DNA of 64,000 nt, taken from contig NZ_JAYPVP010000002.1 of NCBI RefSeq assembly GCF_038134685.1, positions 37,089-101,088 on the forward strand, in the 5' to 3' direction. The DNA comes from Limnohabitans sp. (GTDB lineage Bacteria > Pseudomonadota > Gammaproteobacteria > Burkholderiales > Burkholderiaceae_C). The notes beneath the pieces are model-generated. The model worked only from the letters and a program-made list of their open reading frames with translations. It did no database searches and was not told the origin of the DNA. How positions within the stretch are numbered: the stretch's first letter is position 1; each line of letters starts with the position of its first letter. Shown here in pieces: positions 22,034-31,616 of this stretch. The translations under genes and the position numbers were made by a program.

Positions 22034-22339
22034 TTAGGCGAGCGTTGGCATACCGTGGCGTTGGCGGGCGCGCTGGCAGGCATCGCTGCCTTCCTCAAAC
22101 TCGCGGCAAGGGGAAGGGCGCCACTCGTAAATGCCGCAAGTGGCCTTCTCGCCAATGCGGCCATACAGTGCTGCACAGCGTGGTGGGCTGTGGTCGGTGC
22201 CGCGCATGCGGCAGGTGTGTTCGGTGATCGGGGCGGCCAAGCCTGCAGGCACCGAGCCGCCGCCTTCTTCGTATTCAAACACCGAAAAGTCCACCCGAAA
22301 GCTGGCGCAGCAAGCCCCGCAGCTGGTGCACTGGCTCAT
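22034..22339 (-). CDS. YkgJ family cysteine-cluster protein
   Basis: 101 aa, MSQCTSCGACCASFRV (CxxCxxCC) plus downstream Cys residues. Confidence 0.8.
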   Translation of the reverse strand: MSQCTSCGACCASFRVDFSVFEYEEGGGSVPAGLAAPITEHTCRMRGTDHSPPRCAALYGRIGEKATCGIYEWRPSPCREFEEGSDACQRARQRHGMPTLA

Positions 22340-22349
22340 GTCACTGCAT

Positions 22350-23270
22350 TCAGGCGTTCACGCGGCCGAGCAGCAAAAACTCCATGAGTGCTTTTTGCAC
22401 ATGCATGCGGTTCTCGGCTTCGTCCCACACGACGGACTGCGCGCCGTCGATGACTTCGGCGGTCACTTCCTCGCCGCGGTGGGCGGGCAGGCAGTGCATG
22501 AACAACGCATCGGGCTTGGCCACGGCCATCATTGCTTCGTCCACGCACCAGTCGGCAAAAGCGGCTTTGCGCGCTTCGTTCTCGGCCTCGTAGCCCATGC
22601 TGGTCCACACATCGGTGGTGACCAGGTCTGCGCCACGACAGGCTTCGAGCGGGTCGCTGAACACCTTGTAATGTGCATTGCCTTTGACGCCCGCCACCTC
22701 GGCATTGACTTCGTAGCCGCTGGGTGTGCTCACGTGCACGGTAAAGCCCAGCAGCTCCGCTGCCTGCAGCCAGGTGTTGGCCATGTTGTTGCCGTCACCC
22801 ACCCAAGCCACCACCTTGCTCTGGATGGAACCGCGGTGCTCGATGTAGGTGAAGATGTCCGCCATGATCTGGCAGGGGTGAAATTCGTTGGTCAGGCCGT
22901 TGATGACTGGCACGCGGGAATGCGAGGCGAACTTTTCGATCTTGTCCTGGCCAAAGGTGCGGATCATGACCAGGTCGGTCATGCGGCTGATCACGCGGGC
23001 GCTGTCTTCGATGGGTTCGGAGCGCCCCAGCTGGCTGTCGCCCGTGGTCAGATGCACCACCGAGCCACCGAGCTGGTACATGCCCGCCTCAAAGCTCACG
23101 CGGGTGCGGGTGCTGGCCTTTTCAAAAATCATGGCCAGCGTGCGGTCAGCCAGCGGATGGTATTTTTCGTAAGCCTTGAACTTGCGCTTGATCTCGGCAG
23201 CGCGCTTGAACAAGTGCGCGTATTCGTCGGCCGTGCAATCGGTGAACTGAAGGTAATGGCGAATCGTCAT
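22350..23270 (-). CDS. argF: ornithine carbamoyltransferase
   Basis: 306 aa. STRTRVSFE, FHPCQIMAD and HCLPAHRGEE motifs. ATGA start/stop overlap with argD. Confidence 0.93.
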   Translation of the reverse strand: MTIRHYLQFTDCTADEYAHLFKRAAEIKRKFKAYEKYHPLADRTLAMIFEKASTRTRVSFEAGMYQLGGSVVHLTTGDSQLGRSEPIEDSARVISRMTDLVMIRTFGQDKIEKFASHSRVPVINGLTNEFHPCQIMADIFTYIEHRGSIQSKVVAWVGDGNNMANTWLQAAELLGFTVHVSTPSGYEVNAEVAGVKGNAHYKVFSDPLEACRGADLVTTDVWTSMGYEAENEARKAAFADWCVDEAMMAVAKPDALFMHCLPAHRGEEVTAEVIDGAQSVVWDEAENRMHVQKALMEFLLLGRVNA

Positions 23271-24469
23271 GCTTGCTCTGCCAAAAATTGTTGGATCTGC
23301 GGCACCACAATAGACAGCGCCTCGTCAGCCTCGGCGATGGTCATGATCAGCGGGGGCACCATGCGCACCACGCTGTCCGCAGTCACGCTGATCAGCAAGC
23401 CCGCTTCGGCGCAGCGGTTGGTCAGCACGCCGCATGGCTTGTCCAGTTCCACACCGAGCATCAAGCCAAAACCACGGATCTCTTTCACGCCAGGCTTGCC
23501 GGCCAGGGCTTTTTCCAGACCGGCTTTCAGGTGCGCGCCGACTTTAGCGGCGTTGTCCAGCAGGCCATCTTTTTCCATGATGCGAATGGTCTCCACCCCG
23601 GCGCGCATGGCCAGCGGGTTGCCGCCAAAGGTGCCGCCGTGGTTGCCCGGCTGGAATACGTTGGCGGCCTTGGGGCCCGCCACCACGGCGCCAATCGGCA
23701 CACCCGAGCCCAGGCCTTTGGCCAGCGGCATCACGTCGGGCACGATGCCCGCCCACTGGTGCGCAAACCATTTGCCGGTGCGGCCCATGCCGCACTGCAC
23801 TTCGTCAATCATCAGCAGCCAGTCTTTTTCGTCGCACAGGGCGCGCACTTGTTGCAGGTACTCGGTGCCCATGGGGTTGACGCCGCCTTCGCCCTGAATG
23901 GTTTCAAAGAACACGGCCACCACGCTAGGGTCGTTGGCGGTGGCGGCCTTCAGGGCTTCGATGTTGTTGACGGGTACGCGGATGAAGCCCTCGACCAACG
24001 GCTCAAACCCCTTTTGGATTTTGGCGTTACCCGTGGCACTCAGCGTGGCCAGCGAGCGGCCATGGAAGGCTTTTTCGTACACCACGATTTTCGGAAAGCT
24101 GATGCCCTTGTCGTGGCCAAACTTGCGCGCCAGTTTGATGGCGGCTTCGTTGGCCTCCAGCCCGGAGTTGCAGAAAAACACATTGGTCATGCCCGACAGC
24201 TCCACCAGCTTGGCAGCCAGCTTTTCCTGGTTGGGTACGTGGTAGTAATTGCAGCTGTGGATGATCTTGGCCACCTGATCCTGCAGCGCAGGCACCAGTT
24301 CGGCGTGGTTATGGCCCAGGGTGTTCACGGCAATGCCGGCCAAGGCATCGAGGTACTGCTTGCCATTGACATCCCAAACGCGGCAACCCTGACCGCGCTC
24401 AAGCGCGATGGGCAGGCGCCCATACGTGTTCATGGTGTGCGGCGAAGCGGCTTCAATGAAAGCGGACAT
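23267..24469 (-). CDS. argD: acetylornithine (class III) aminotransferase
   Basis: ORF 23267..24487 starts at TTG; ATG 24469 (MSAFIEAASPHTMNTYGRLPIALERGQG...) is preceded by GGAG. PLP-aminotransferase motifs (FFCNSGLEANEAAIKLAR, DEVQCGMGRTG). Confidence 0.9.
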   Translation of the reverse strand: MSAFIEAASPHTMNTYGRLPIALERGQGCRVWDVNGKQYLDALAGIAVNTLGHNHAELVPALQDQVAKIIHSCNYYHVPNQEKLAAKLVELSGMTNVFFCNSGLEANEAAIKLARKFGHDKGISFPKIVVYEKAFHGRSLATLSATGNAKIQKGFEPLVEGFIRVPVNNIEALKAATANDPSVVAVFFETIQGEGGVNPMGTEYLQQVRALCDEKDWLLMIDEVQCGMGRTGKWFAHQWAGIVPDVMPLAKGLGSGVPIGAVVAGPKAANVFQPGNHGGTFGGNPLAMRAGVETIRIMEKDGLLDNAAKVGAHLKAGLEKALAGKPGVKEIRGFGLMLGVELDKPCGVLTNRCAEAGLLISVTADSVVRMVPPLIMTIAEADEALSIVVPQIQQFLAEQA

Positions 24470-24485
24470 GCGAAAACTCCGGTGC

Positions 24486-24515
24486 AAATAAAAAGCGGCC
24501 CAACGAAGAGGGCCG
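24486..24515 (-). terminator. terminator-like hairpin inside the argD-argF leader (candidate attenuator)
   Basis: Minus strand: CGGCCC-tcttcgtt-GGGCCG followed by CTTTTTATTT; it ends about 17 nt before the argD ATG. No minus-strand gene upstream could use it as its own terminator. Confidence 0.45.
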
Positions 24516-24611
24516 TTGAAACGTGATTTTAGAGGTATTCATGCCCCTCTCCTGGCAAGCTCTTCGCTTGTGGAAAACCGTTGCTTCTCAGGGTTACCAC
24601 TGAGTTTCAAG

Positions 24612-24623
24612 TCTTATATAAGA
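24612..24623. promoter_or_regulatory. perfect 12-bp palindrome TCTTATATAAGA (candidate operator, copy 2)
   Basis: Lies in the argD/DUF3579 divergent region, directly followed by a -10-like TAGAAT (24624-24629) on the plus strand. GTCTTATATAAGATA is identical to the reverse complement of 13832-13846. Confidence 0.4.
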
Positions 24624-24693
24624 TAGAATACCCTTATCGAGTGGCGTGTGGTGATCCCATGCGTCAGCGTCATGCGTTTTATCCCTCTACCCG

Positions 24694-25014
24694 ATGGTCT
24701 CCAATACTGCCAAAGAAGTTTTCATCCAGGGCATCACCCTCGATGGCAAAACCTTCCGTCCCAGCGACTGGGCGGAGCGTCTGGCAGGCGTCATGAGCCC
24801 GTTTCGCCCCGGTGGTGCGCGCTTGGGCAGTCACCTGAGTTATTCCCCTTGGTGTATTCCCACCTCTATGGGGGGTGTCAAATGTGTGGTGGTCAACCGT
24901 GATTTGCGCGACCATGAACCCATGGCCTGGGATTTCGTCATGAACTTCGCCAAAGACAATCATTTGCAGGTGGTCGAAGCCTGTTTGCTGCCAGATCCTC
25001 CGGTAGCCAAATGA
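24694..25014 (+). CDS. DUF3579 domain-containing protein
   Basis: 106 aa, MVSNTAKEVFIQGITLDGKTFRPSDWAERLAGVMSPFRPGG...; resembles the small betaproteobacterial DUF3579 family. Assignment from memory. Confidence 0.65.
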   Translation: MVSNTAKEVFIQGITLDGKTFRPSDWAERLAGVMSPFRPGGARLGSHLSYSPWCIPTSMGGVKCVVVNRDLRDHEPMAWDFVMNFAKDNHLQVVEACLLPDPPVAK

Positions 25015-25018
25015 CCAT

Positions 25019-25053
25019 GAAAAAACCGCCCGAAGGCGGTTTTTTATTTTTTT
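25019..25053. terminator. bidirectional intrinsic terminator (DUF3579 / rpsT convergent)
   Basis: AAAAAA-CCGCC-cgaa-GGCGG-TTTTTTATTTTTTT. A second hairpin CGGCAGGG-ctgg-CCCTGCCG lies at about 25080-25099. Confidence 0.75.
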
Positions 25054-25121
25054 GCTGACAGCGCACCCGTTTCAAACGGCGGCAGGGCTGGCCCTGCCGG
25101 GCTGTGATCCGGTAGAGGGGA

Positions 25122-25424
25122 TCAGGCTGCGGCCAAGGCCAGAGCCTTGACTTTGGCGGACAGGCGGCTCTTGTCGCGAGCGGCCTTGTTTTTGTGGAAG
25201 ATGCCTTTGTCGGCAATGCTGTCAACCACGGCTTGCATTTTGGCAAACAGTTCGGTGGCTTTGGTTTTGTCACCAGCCACAACAGCTTTTTCCACGTTCT
25301 TCACAGCGGTGCGGTACTTGGAGCGCAGCGAAGAGTTGGCGGCGTTGATTTTGGTGTCCTGGCGGACGCGTTTACGGCCAGAGGCCAGACGGGGGTTCTT
25401 TTTCTTAGGCTTTCCAGATGCCAT
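25122..25424 (-). CDS. rpsT: 30S ribosomal protein S20
   Basis: ORF 25122..25472. Conserved start [23 protein letters not shown] at ATG 25424, preceded by AAGGA. Confidence 0.95.
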   Translation of the reverse strand: MASGKPKKKNPRLASGRKRVRQDTKINAANSSLRSKYRTAVKNVEKAVVAGDKTKATELFAKMQAVVDSIADKGIFHKNKAARDKSRLSAKVKALALAAA

Positions 25425-25470
25425 GATAATTTTCCTTAGGAGTCTGAGGATGTTGTCAGCAAAGCCAACC

Positions 25471-25499
25471 ATTGTAGCAGGTCAGCGAGAGCCTGCCAA
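25471..25499 (-). promoter_or_regulatory. sigma70-type promoter of rpsT
   Basis: Minus strand: TTGGCA-N17-TACAAT, about 45 nt upstream of the rpsT ATG. Confidence 0.55.
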
Positions 25500-25541
25500 T
25501 GCAGCACACCCAAGCGTGCGCCAAGCCGCTACACTGCGCAT

Positions 25542-27107
25542 GTGAGCTTGTTCAAATCTGCCTCTGTTGTGTCTTTCCTGACTCTGGCCTCGCGCGTGCT
25601 GGGTCTGGGGCGCGAGTTGTTGGTGGCTTCGACTTTTGGAGCCAGTGCCTTGACCGACGCCTTCAATGTGGCGTTTCGCATTCCCAACTTGTTTCGCCGT
25701 CTGTTTGCCGAGGGGGCTTTCAGCCAGGCCTTTGTGCCTGTTTTGGCGGGGCATCGCGCTCGTGAAGGAGACGATGCTACACGCGAAGTGATTGACAACG
25801 TGGCCACTTGCTTGTTTTGGGCCTTGTTACTGGTCTCGGTGGTGGGCGTGCTCGCCGCTCCAGCCCTTGTGTGGGCGCTGGCCAGCGGCTTGCGTCAAAA
25901 CGCCCAGGGCTACGACGCAGCCGTGCACATGACGCGCTGGATGTTTCCCTATATTGCCTTCATGTCCCTGGTGGCCTTGTCGGCGGGGATTCTCAACACA
26001 TGGAAGCGTTTTGCGGTCCCGGCGGCCACGCCGGTCTTGCTCAACGTCAGCATGATTGCAGCTGCCTGGTGGGGAGCGCCGCTGTTTGAACGCGTGGGTC
26101 TGCCCGCTATTTATGCCTTGCCCGTGGGGGTCATGGTCGGCGGAGCCCTTCAGCTGGCACTGCAATGGCCAGCACTCAGGCGCTTGAAGCTTCTGCCCGG
26201 CATCGCCATGAGCGCCCGGGGCGTTGCGCAGGCCTGGCGCAGTCCGGCCACCCGTGATGTGCTGCGCTTGATGGCGCCGGCTTTGCTGGGTGTAGGTGTG
26301 GCACAGGTGTCCTTGCTCATCAATACCCAGATTGCGTCGTACCTGCAAGAAGGCAGTGTCAGCTGGCTCAGTTACGCTGATCGCTTGATGGAGTTCCCGA
26401 CTGCCTTGTTGGGTGTGGCGCTGGGCGTCGTGCTCATGCCCCAACTGGCAGCGGCACGTGCCAAAGGTGATGCGCACTCCTACAGCGCCATGCTGGACTG
26501 GGGGTTGAGGTTGGTGCTGCTGCTGGCCTTGCCTTGCGCACTGGCCTTGTTGGTGTTTGCCAAACCGCTGGTGTCTGTGCTCTACCACTATGGCGCGTTC
26601 ACAGCGATAGATGTACAGCAAACCACGTTGGCACTGATGGGGTACGGCCTGGGGCTGATGGGGTTGGTGGCCATCAAGGTGCTGGCGCCAGGTTACTACG
26701 CCAGCCAGGATATTCGTACGCCTGTTCGTATTGCCATGGTGGTGCTGGTGCTTACACAGTGTATGAACCTGGTTTTCGTACCCTGGCTGGCCCATGCAGG
26801 GTTGGCCTTGTCGATCGGCGTGGGCGCTCTCATCAACGCAGCCTGGCTGCTGGCAGGGCTGCTGCGCCAAAAACGCTACACACCTCAAGCGGGCTGGTTA
26901 CGGTTTTCCGGACAAGTAACGGCCGCTACTGTTGCACTGGGTGTGTGGCTGTGGTGGGCCGCTCAGGCGCTGGACTGGGTGCAACTGAAGGCTCAACCCT
27001 TGCAGCGGCTAGGCTGGATGCTGGGCGTATTGTTGGGCAGCGCGCTGGTGTACTTCTCCGGTCTCTGGCTCTTGGGCGTGCGTCGCCAGGCTTTTGTACG
27101 CCGTTGA
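25542..27107 (+). CDS. murJ: lipid II flippase MurJ
   Basis: 521 aa, GTG start. MSLFKSASVVSFLTLASRVLGLGRELLVASTFGASALTDAFNVAFRIPNLFRRLFAEGAFSQAFVPVL is a typical MurJ/MviN N-terminus. Confidence 0.93.
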   Translation: MSLFKSASVVSFLTLASRVLGLGRELLVASTFGASALTDAFNVAFRIPNLFRRLFAEGAFSQAFVPVLAGHRAREGDDATREVIDNVATCLFWALLLVSVVGVLAAPALVWALASGLRQNAQGYDAAVHMTRWMFPYIAFMSLVALSAGILNTWKRFAVPAATPVLLNVSMIAAAWWGAPLFERVGLPAIYALPVGVMVGGALQLALQWPALRRLKLLPGIAMSARGVAQAWRSPATRDVLRLMAPALLGVGVAQVSLLINTQIASYLQEGSVSWLSYADRLMEFPTALLGVALGVVLMPQLAAARAKGDAHSYSAMLDWGLRLVLLLALPCALALLVFAKPLVSVLYHYGAFTAIDVQQTTLALMGYGLGLMGLVAIKVLAPGYYASQDIRTPVRIAMVVLVLTQCMNLVFVPWLAHAGLALSIGVGALINAAWLLAGLLRQKRYTPQAGWLRFSGQVTAATVALGVWLWWAAQALDWVQLKAQPLQRLGWMLGVLLGSALVYFSGLWLLGVRRQAFVRR

Positions 27108-27126
27108 AATTCAGAGGTGATTCATC

Positions 27127-28008
27127 ATGAACATCCCCAACTTTGACCAAACTCCATCGGCACTGGACTACTTTGCCGCACTGGTGAGCAGTGATGAACA
27201 TTTCCCTTTGCTGGAGGCGGCTGCCAGCATTGCCCTGATCGATGAACCCGAGCTGGATGTGGAGTCGGTGCTGGAAGAAGTGGAACGCATGGTTGATCGT
27301 GTGCGCAGTCGCATGATCAGCAGTGCCGATGACCTGACGCGCTTGGCTGTCCTCAACCACGTGTTCTACAAGGACATGGGCTTTGGTCTCAATGCCAATG
27401 ACTACTATGCGCCGCGCAACAGTTTTGTCAACGAAGTGTTGCGTACGCGCCGAGGCATTCCAGTCTCACTGTCCGTGATCTGGCTGGAAATGGCCCAAGA
27501 GCTGGGCTTGCGTGCCCACGGGATTGCTTTTCCGGGTCACTTCCTGGTCAAGGTGGCGCTCGACAGTGGTCTGGTGGTGCTGGACCCCGCAACTGGCGAG
27601 TCGCTGGGCATTGACCACTTGTCTGAGCGTCTGGAGCCTTTCCGCGACCAAGAAGATCAGCTGCTCAAACCCGATCTGGACGAGGGTGAGACCCCGCTGG
27701 GCCTGTATCTGCAAAGTTGCCCGCCGCGCGATGTGCTCACGCGTATGTTGCGCAACCTCAAAGAGATATACCAGACCCAGCAAGACTGGCCTGCCTGCCT
27801 GGCGGTGCTGGACCGCATTTTGGTCTTGTGGCCAGAGTCCTGGGCAGAGCGCCGCGACCGCGGCCTGGTGCACGCCGAGCTGGGTAATGCAGGCCAGGCT
27901 TTGTCAGACTTGCAAGCCTATCTGGATGCAGAGCCCCTGGCCGCAGACCAAGGGGCGCTGCAAGCCCGGATCAAGGAGATTGCTTCGCCACTGAGTGGCT
28001 CGCAATGA
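27127..28008 (+). CDS. SirB1/YchA-like protein (transglutaminase-like N-domain plus TPR)
   Basis: 293 aa. Architecture and motifs (...RRGIPVSLSVIWLEMAQELGL...GHFLV...) resemble the UPF0162/SirB1 family. C-terminal TPR-like region. Confidence 0.7.
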   Translation: MNIPNFDQTPSALDYFAALVSSDEHFPLLEAAASIALIDEPELDVESVLEEVERMVDRVRSRMISSADDLTRLAVLNHVFYKDMGFGLNANDYYAPRNSFVNEVLRTRRGIPVSLSVIWLEMAQELGLRAHGIAFPGHFLVKVALDSGLVVLDPATGESLGIDHLSERLEPFRDQEDQLLKPDLDEGETPLGLYLQSCPPRDVLTRMLRNLKEIYQTQQDWPACLAVLDRILVLWPESWAERRDRGLVHAELGNAGQALSDLQAYLDAEPLAADQGALQARIKEIASPLSGSQ

Positions 28009-28017
28009 CCTTGGGCC

Positions 28018-29049
28018 TTAAGCTACCACCACCTGTGCGCCGTCGCCTTGAACAGCAATCTGGCCAATGGTATAGACCGTCTCGCCAGCGGCGCGTAGCG
28101 TGGCAGAGCAGGCCTCGGCCTGGTCAGCGGCAATCACCACCACCATGCCGATGCCGTTGTTGAAGGTGCGGTTCATCTCGATATCGTCAATGCCAGCGGT
28201 TTTTTGCAGCCAGGCAAAGAGTTCTGTTTGCGGCCAGCTGCCTTTTTGCAGGTGGGCGGCCAGGCCCTCGGGCAACACGCGCGGGATGTTTTCCAGCAAG
28301 CCGCCACCGGTGATGTGAGCCAGCGCCTTGATCGGATGTGCGGCCAGCGCAGCCAGCACGTTCTTCACATACAGGCGGGTCGGCTCCATGATGGCGGCTT
28401 TGAACGGCTTGCCGTCCAGCGTGGCTGGGGTGTTGGTGCCCGCGCGTTCGATGCACTTACGCACCAGTGAAAAGCCGTTTGAGTGCACACCTGCGGAAGC
28501 CAGGCCCAGCACCACGTCACCTGCCTGCACGTTTTGACCGGTCAGGATTTTGGATTTTTCGACCGCACCGACCGCAAACCCGGCCAGGTCGTATTCGCCC
28601 GCGGGGTACATGCCCGGCATTTCGGCCGTTTCGCCGCCAATCAAGGCGCAGCCCGACAGCTCGCACCCCTTGGCAATGCCGCCGACCACTGCGGCGGCCG
28701 TGTCCACATCGAGCTTGCCGCAGGCAAAGTAGTCCAGGAAGAACAGGGGCTCTGCGCCTTGTACCAGTACATCGTTCACGCTCATGGCCACCAGATCGAT
28801 GCCCACGGTGTCGTGCATGTTCCACTCAAACGCCAGCTTGAGCTTGGTGCCCACACCGTCGGTACCGCTCACCAGCACCGGTTCCTTGTAGCGCTTGGGC
28901 ACTTCAAACAGGGCGCCAAAGCCACCGATGCCGGCCAGCACGCCTTCGCGCATGGTTTTTTTGGCCAGGGGCTTGATTCGTTCGACGAGTTCGTCACCGG
29001 CAACAATGTCCACGCCGGCGTCTTTGTAGGAGAGAGGTGTTTGGCTCAT
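28018..29049 (-). CDS. purM: phosphoribosylformylglycinamidine cyclo-ligase
   Basis: 343 aa, [32 protein letters not shown]...[10 protein letters not shown]... Confidence 0.96.
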   Translation of the reverse strand: MSQTPLSYKDAGVDIVAGDELVERIKPLAKKTMREGVLAGIGGFGALFEVPKRYKEPVLVSGTDGVGTKLKLAFEWNMHDTVGIDLVAMSVNDVLVQGAEPLFFLDYFACGKLDVDTAAAVVGGIAKGCELSGCALIGGETAEMPGMYPAGEYDLAGFAVGAVEKSKILTGQNVQAGDVVLGLASAGVHSNGFSLVRKCIERAGTNTPATLDGKPFKAAIMEPTRLYVKNVLAALAAHPIKALAHITGGGLLENIPRVLPEGLAAHLQKGSWPQTELFAWLQKTAGIDDIEMNRTFNNGIGMVVVIAADQAEACSATLRAAGETVYTIGQIAVQGDGAQVVVA

Positions 29050-29191
29050 GAGGGGGCCTGCGCATGTGCAGGTCTAATCAGGGTCGATGGGGCCCGATAA
29101 ACGGTGGGCAGACTAAAATCAGACTCAATTTTAAGGGTTTACCCAAAACGGCTGATCTTCAAGCCCGGCTTTTTATACAAACTCATCTGTC

Positions 29192-30271
29192 ATGACCTCC
29201 AATCCTTCATTTGCTCGCTGGCTCGCTTGGGCTGGCCTGGCTGCCCTGGCTGCGCTGCTGGTGTGGATGTTGGCACCGGTTCTTTCCCCTTTTGTGGTGG
29301 CTGCAGTGCTCGCCTATGCTCTACAGCCGCTGGTGAAAAAGCTCCATGGCTCAGGTTTGCCTCGCTGGCTGGCTGCAGTGCTGGTGCAATGCCTGGCTGT
29401 GCTGGCTCTACTGGGGTTGCTGATGCTTTTGGTTCCCGTGCTGCTCAAGGAGCTGCCATTGATCCAGCAACAGCTGCCGGTCATTGTTGAGCGCCTGGGC
29501 GTGGCTCTGGAGCGTTTGCTGGCTCAGTGGGGATTGCCAAGCGTGCCGGATTTTCCCCAGCTGCAGGCGCAGCTGCTCTCTTATCTGAACGATAACCGTG
29601 AAGATTGGATCAAGCCCTTGCTGTCTTCGCTCAAGGTGGGGGGCAGCGCGGCCATGGCTGTTTTGGGGCACGCCGTGCTGGTGCCTGTGGCGCTTTTTTT
29701 CCTGCTCAAGGACTGGGGCCGTTTGTCCGACCAGGTTCACGTGCTTGTTCCTCCTGCCTGGCGCGCTACGCTGGACAGTTTGCTCCATGAAGTGGACGAA
29801 GTGCTTGGCCAGTACCTGCGTGGCCAACTTTCGGTGATGGTGCTGCTGGCGCTTTACTACGCGCTGGGCCTGCGTTTGTTCGGACTCGAACTGGCTTGGC
29901 CCATTGGCGTGTTCACCGGCTTGGCCATGTTTGTGCCGTATTTGGGTTTCGGTGTGGGCTTGCTGCTGGCGCTGATGGCCGGGGTGCTGCAAATGCCAGT
30001 CGCTGATGCGTTGACCATGGTGGCCGTGGTGTATGGCAGTGGGCAATTGATCGAAAGTTTTTTCTTGACCCCCCGCTTGGTCGGCGAGCGTGTAGGCCTG
30101 CACCCACTGGCCGTGATTTTTGCTTTGCTGGCTTTTGGGCAAGTGTTGGGTTTTGTGGGTGTATTGGTGGCGTTGCCTGTCAGTGCGGTGTTATTGGTGG
30201 CGTTGCGCCATGTGCGTGCTCGTTACCTCAGCAGTCCGTTGTATCGTGCCAGACCGGAAGGTGACGCGTGA
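29192..30271 (+). CDS. AI-2E family transporter (PerM/UPF0118)
   Basis: 359 aa, multi-TM, with the typical PerM-like C-terminal half (...FVPYLGFGVGLLLA...). Confidence 0.85.
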   Translation: MTSNPSFARWLAWAGLAALAALLVWMLAPVLSPFVVAAVLAYALQPLVKKLHGSGLPRWLAAVLVQCLAVLALLGLLMLLVPVLLKELPLIQQQLPVIVERLGVALERLLAQWGLPSVPDFPQLQAQLLSYLNDNREDWIKPLLSSLKVGGSAAMAVLGHAVLVPVALFFLLKDWGRLSDQVHVLVPPAWRATLDSLLHEVDEVLGQYLRGQLSVMVLLALYYALGLRLFGLELAWPIGVFTGLAMFVPYLGFGVGLLLALMAGVLQMPVADALTMVAVVYGSGQLIESFFLTPRLVGERVGLHPLAVIFALLAFGQVLGFVGVLVALPVSAVLLVALRHVRARYLSSPLYRARPEGDA

Positions 30272-30954
30272 GGCAAATCGCGCTGGACATTGGTCTGGCC
30301 CCAGAGCCCTCGTTGGATAATTTTGTGGCTGTGGGCAATGAGGCCGCGCTCAACCACCTGCGCTTATGGACGCAAGATGGCGCACGTGCTCCAGTGCCTA
30401 CTTACCTTTGGGGTAGGGAGGGCTGTGGCAAAACCCACTTGCTGCGCGCCGTCTATCTGGCTCTGCGCGATCACGGTGTGCCTGTTGGCTGGATGGACGC
30501 ACACATGCGCCACCCCCCTGAGTTCGATGAGGACTGGCGCGTTGTCATCCTGGACGACGTGCATCTGTACGACGCCGAGCAGCAACACATGGCCTTCAAC
30601 TGGTTTGTGAACGCGCTCACCCCCCAAACCGGCGACGCCCGCTGGCTACTCGCCTCGGGCAGCGTAGCGCCCATGCAACTGCAACTGCGCGACGACCTGC
30701 GCAGTCGCCTGGGCTGGGGTCACGTCTACAGCCTGCACGTGCCAGACGACGACGCGCGCCGCGCCGTACTGCGACAGGCGGCCGATGCCCGCGGCCTGTT
30801 TTTGAGCGACGAGGTCATGTCCTATATGCTCAACCGTTTTTCACGCGACCTCTCCAGCCTGATGCAACTGCTGGACAATCTGGACCAATACGCTTTGCAA
30901 ACCCGTCGGGCCATCACCATCCCCCTGCTCAAATCCATGCTGGAAAACGAATGA
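30268..30954 (+). CDS. hda: DnaA regulatory inactivator Hda
   Basis: 228 aa, GTG start overlapping the preceding stop. QIALDIGL...NFV.G.N..A, Walker A-like GREGCGKTHLL, C-terminal ...AITIPLLKSML. Confidence 0.85.
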   Translation: MRQIALDIGLAPEPSLDNFVAVGNEAALNHLRLWTQDGARAPVPTYLWGREGCGKTHLLRAVYLALRDHGVPVGWMDAHMRHPPEFDEDWRVVILDDVHLYDAEQQHMAFNWFVNALTPQTGDARWLLASGSVAPMQLQLRDDLRSRLGWGHVYSLHVPDDDARRAVLRQAADARGLFLSDEVMSYMLNRFSRDLSSLMQLLDNLDQYALQTRRAITIPLLKSMLENE

Positions 30955-31616
30955 AACTGGCCCTTTTCGATCTGGACCACACCCTTTTGCCCATCGACTC
31001 CGACTACTCCTGGGGCGAGTTCACCATCACCCTGGGCTGGACCGATGCCAGCAGTTTCAAGCAACGCAACGACGAGTTCTACGCCCACTACCAGGCCGGC
31101 ACGCTCGATATTCACGACTATGTGCGCTTTGCCACCCAAGCTGTGCGCTTGCAAGGCGCGCAAGCCGCCGCTCAGGCACACGAGCGCTACATGCGCGAAG
31201 TCATCACCCCCAACATCCGTCCCGCCGCACAGGAGCTGGTGCGCAAACACCAGGCTGCGGGCGACACCGTCATGATCGTCACCGCCACCAATGAGTTTGT
31301 CACCCGCCCCATCGCCCAAGCCTTTGGGGTGAGCGAACTCATTGCCGTGGAACTCGAGCGCGACATCAGCGGCTGGATCACCGGCGAAATCAAAGGCACG
31401 CCGTCTTTCAGAGAAGGTAAAGTGCAACGCGTGCAGCAGTGGCTGGCCCACCGCGGTCTGGACTGGAGCGATGTCGACATGCACTTTTATTCCGACTCGC
31501 CCAACGACCTGCCCTTGCTTGAGCGCGCCCAACACCCCGTGGCCACCAACCCCGACGAGCGCTTGCGCCAGCTGGCACAAACCCGTGGCTGGCCCATACT
31601 GGATTTGTTTCAATGA
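30951..31616 (+). CDS. HAD-IB family hydrolase
   Basis: 221 aa. Motif I FDLDHTLL; 4-nt overlaps with hda and pcnB. Confidence 0.85.
   Translation: MKLALFDLDHTLLPIDSDYSWGEFTITLGWTDASSFKQRNDEFYAHYQAGTLDIHDYVRFATQAVRLQGAQAAAQAHERYMREVITPNIRPAAQELVRKHQAAGDTVMIVTATNEFVTRPIAQAFGVSELIAVELERDISGWITGEIKGTPSFREGKVQRVQQWLAHRGLDWSDVDMHFYSDSPNDLPLLERAQHPVATNPDERLRQLAQTRGWPILDLFQ

Noticed and set aside
19411-22339. U32 peptidase (YegQ/TrhP-like), FAD monooxygenase and YkgJ Cys-cluster protein as a possible hydroxylation module
   Set aside because: The genes are divergent or convergent rather than co-oriented, and YegQ-type proteins have a known tRNA-modification role. Nothing in the sequence links the three beyond adjacency.
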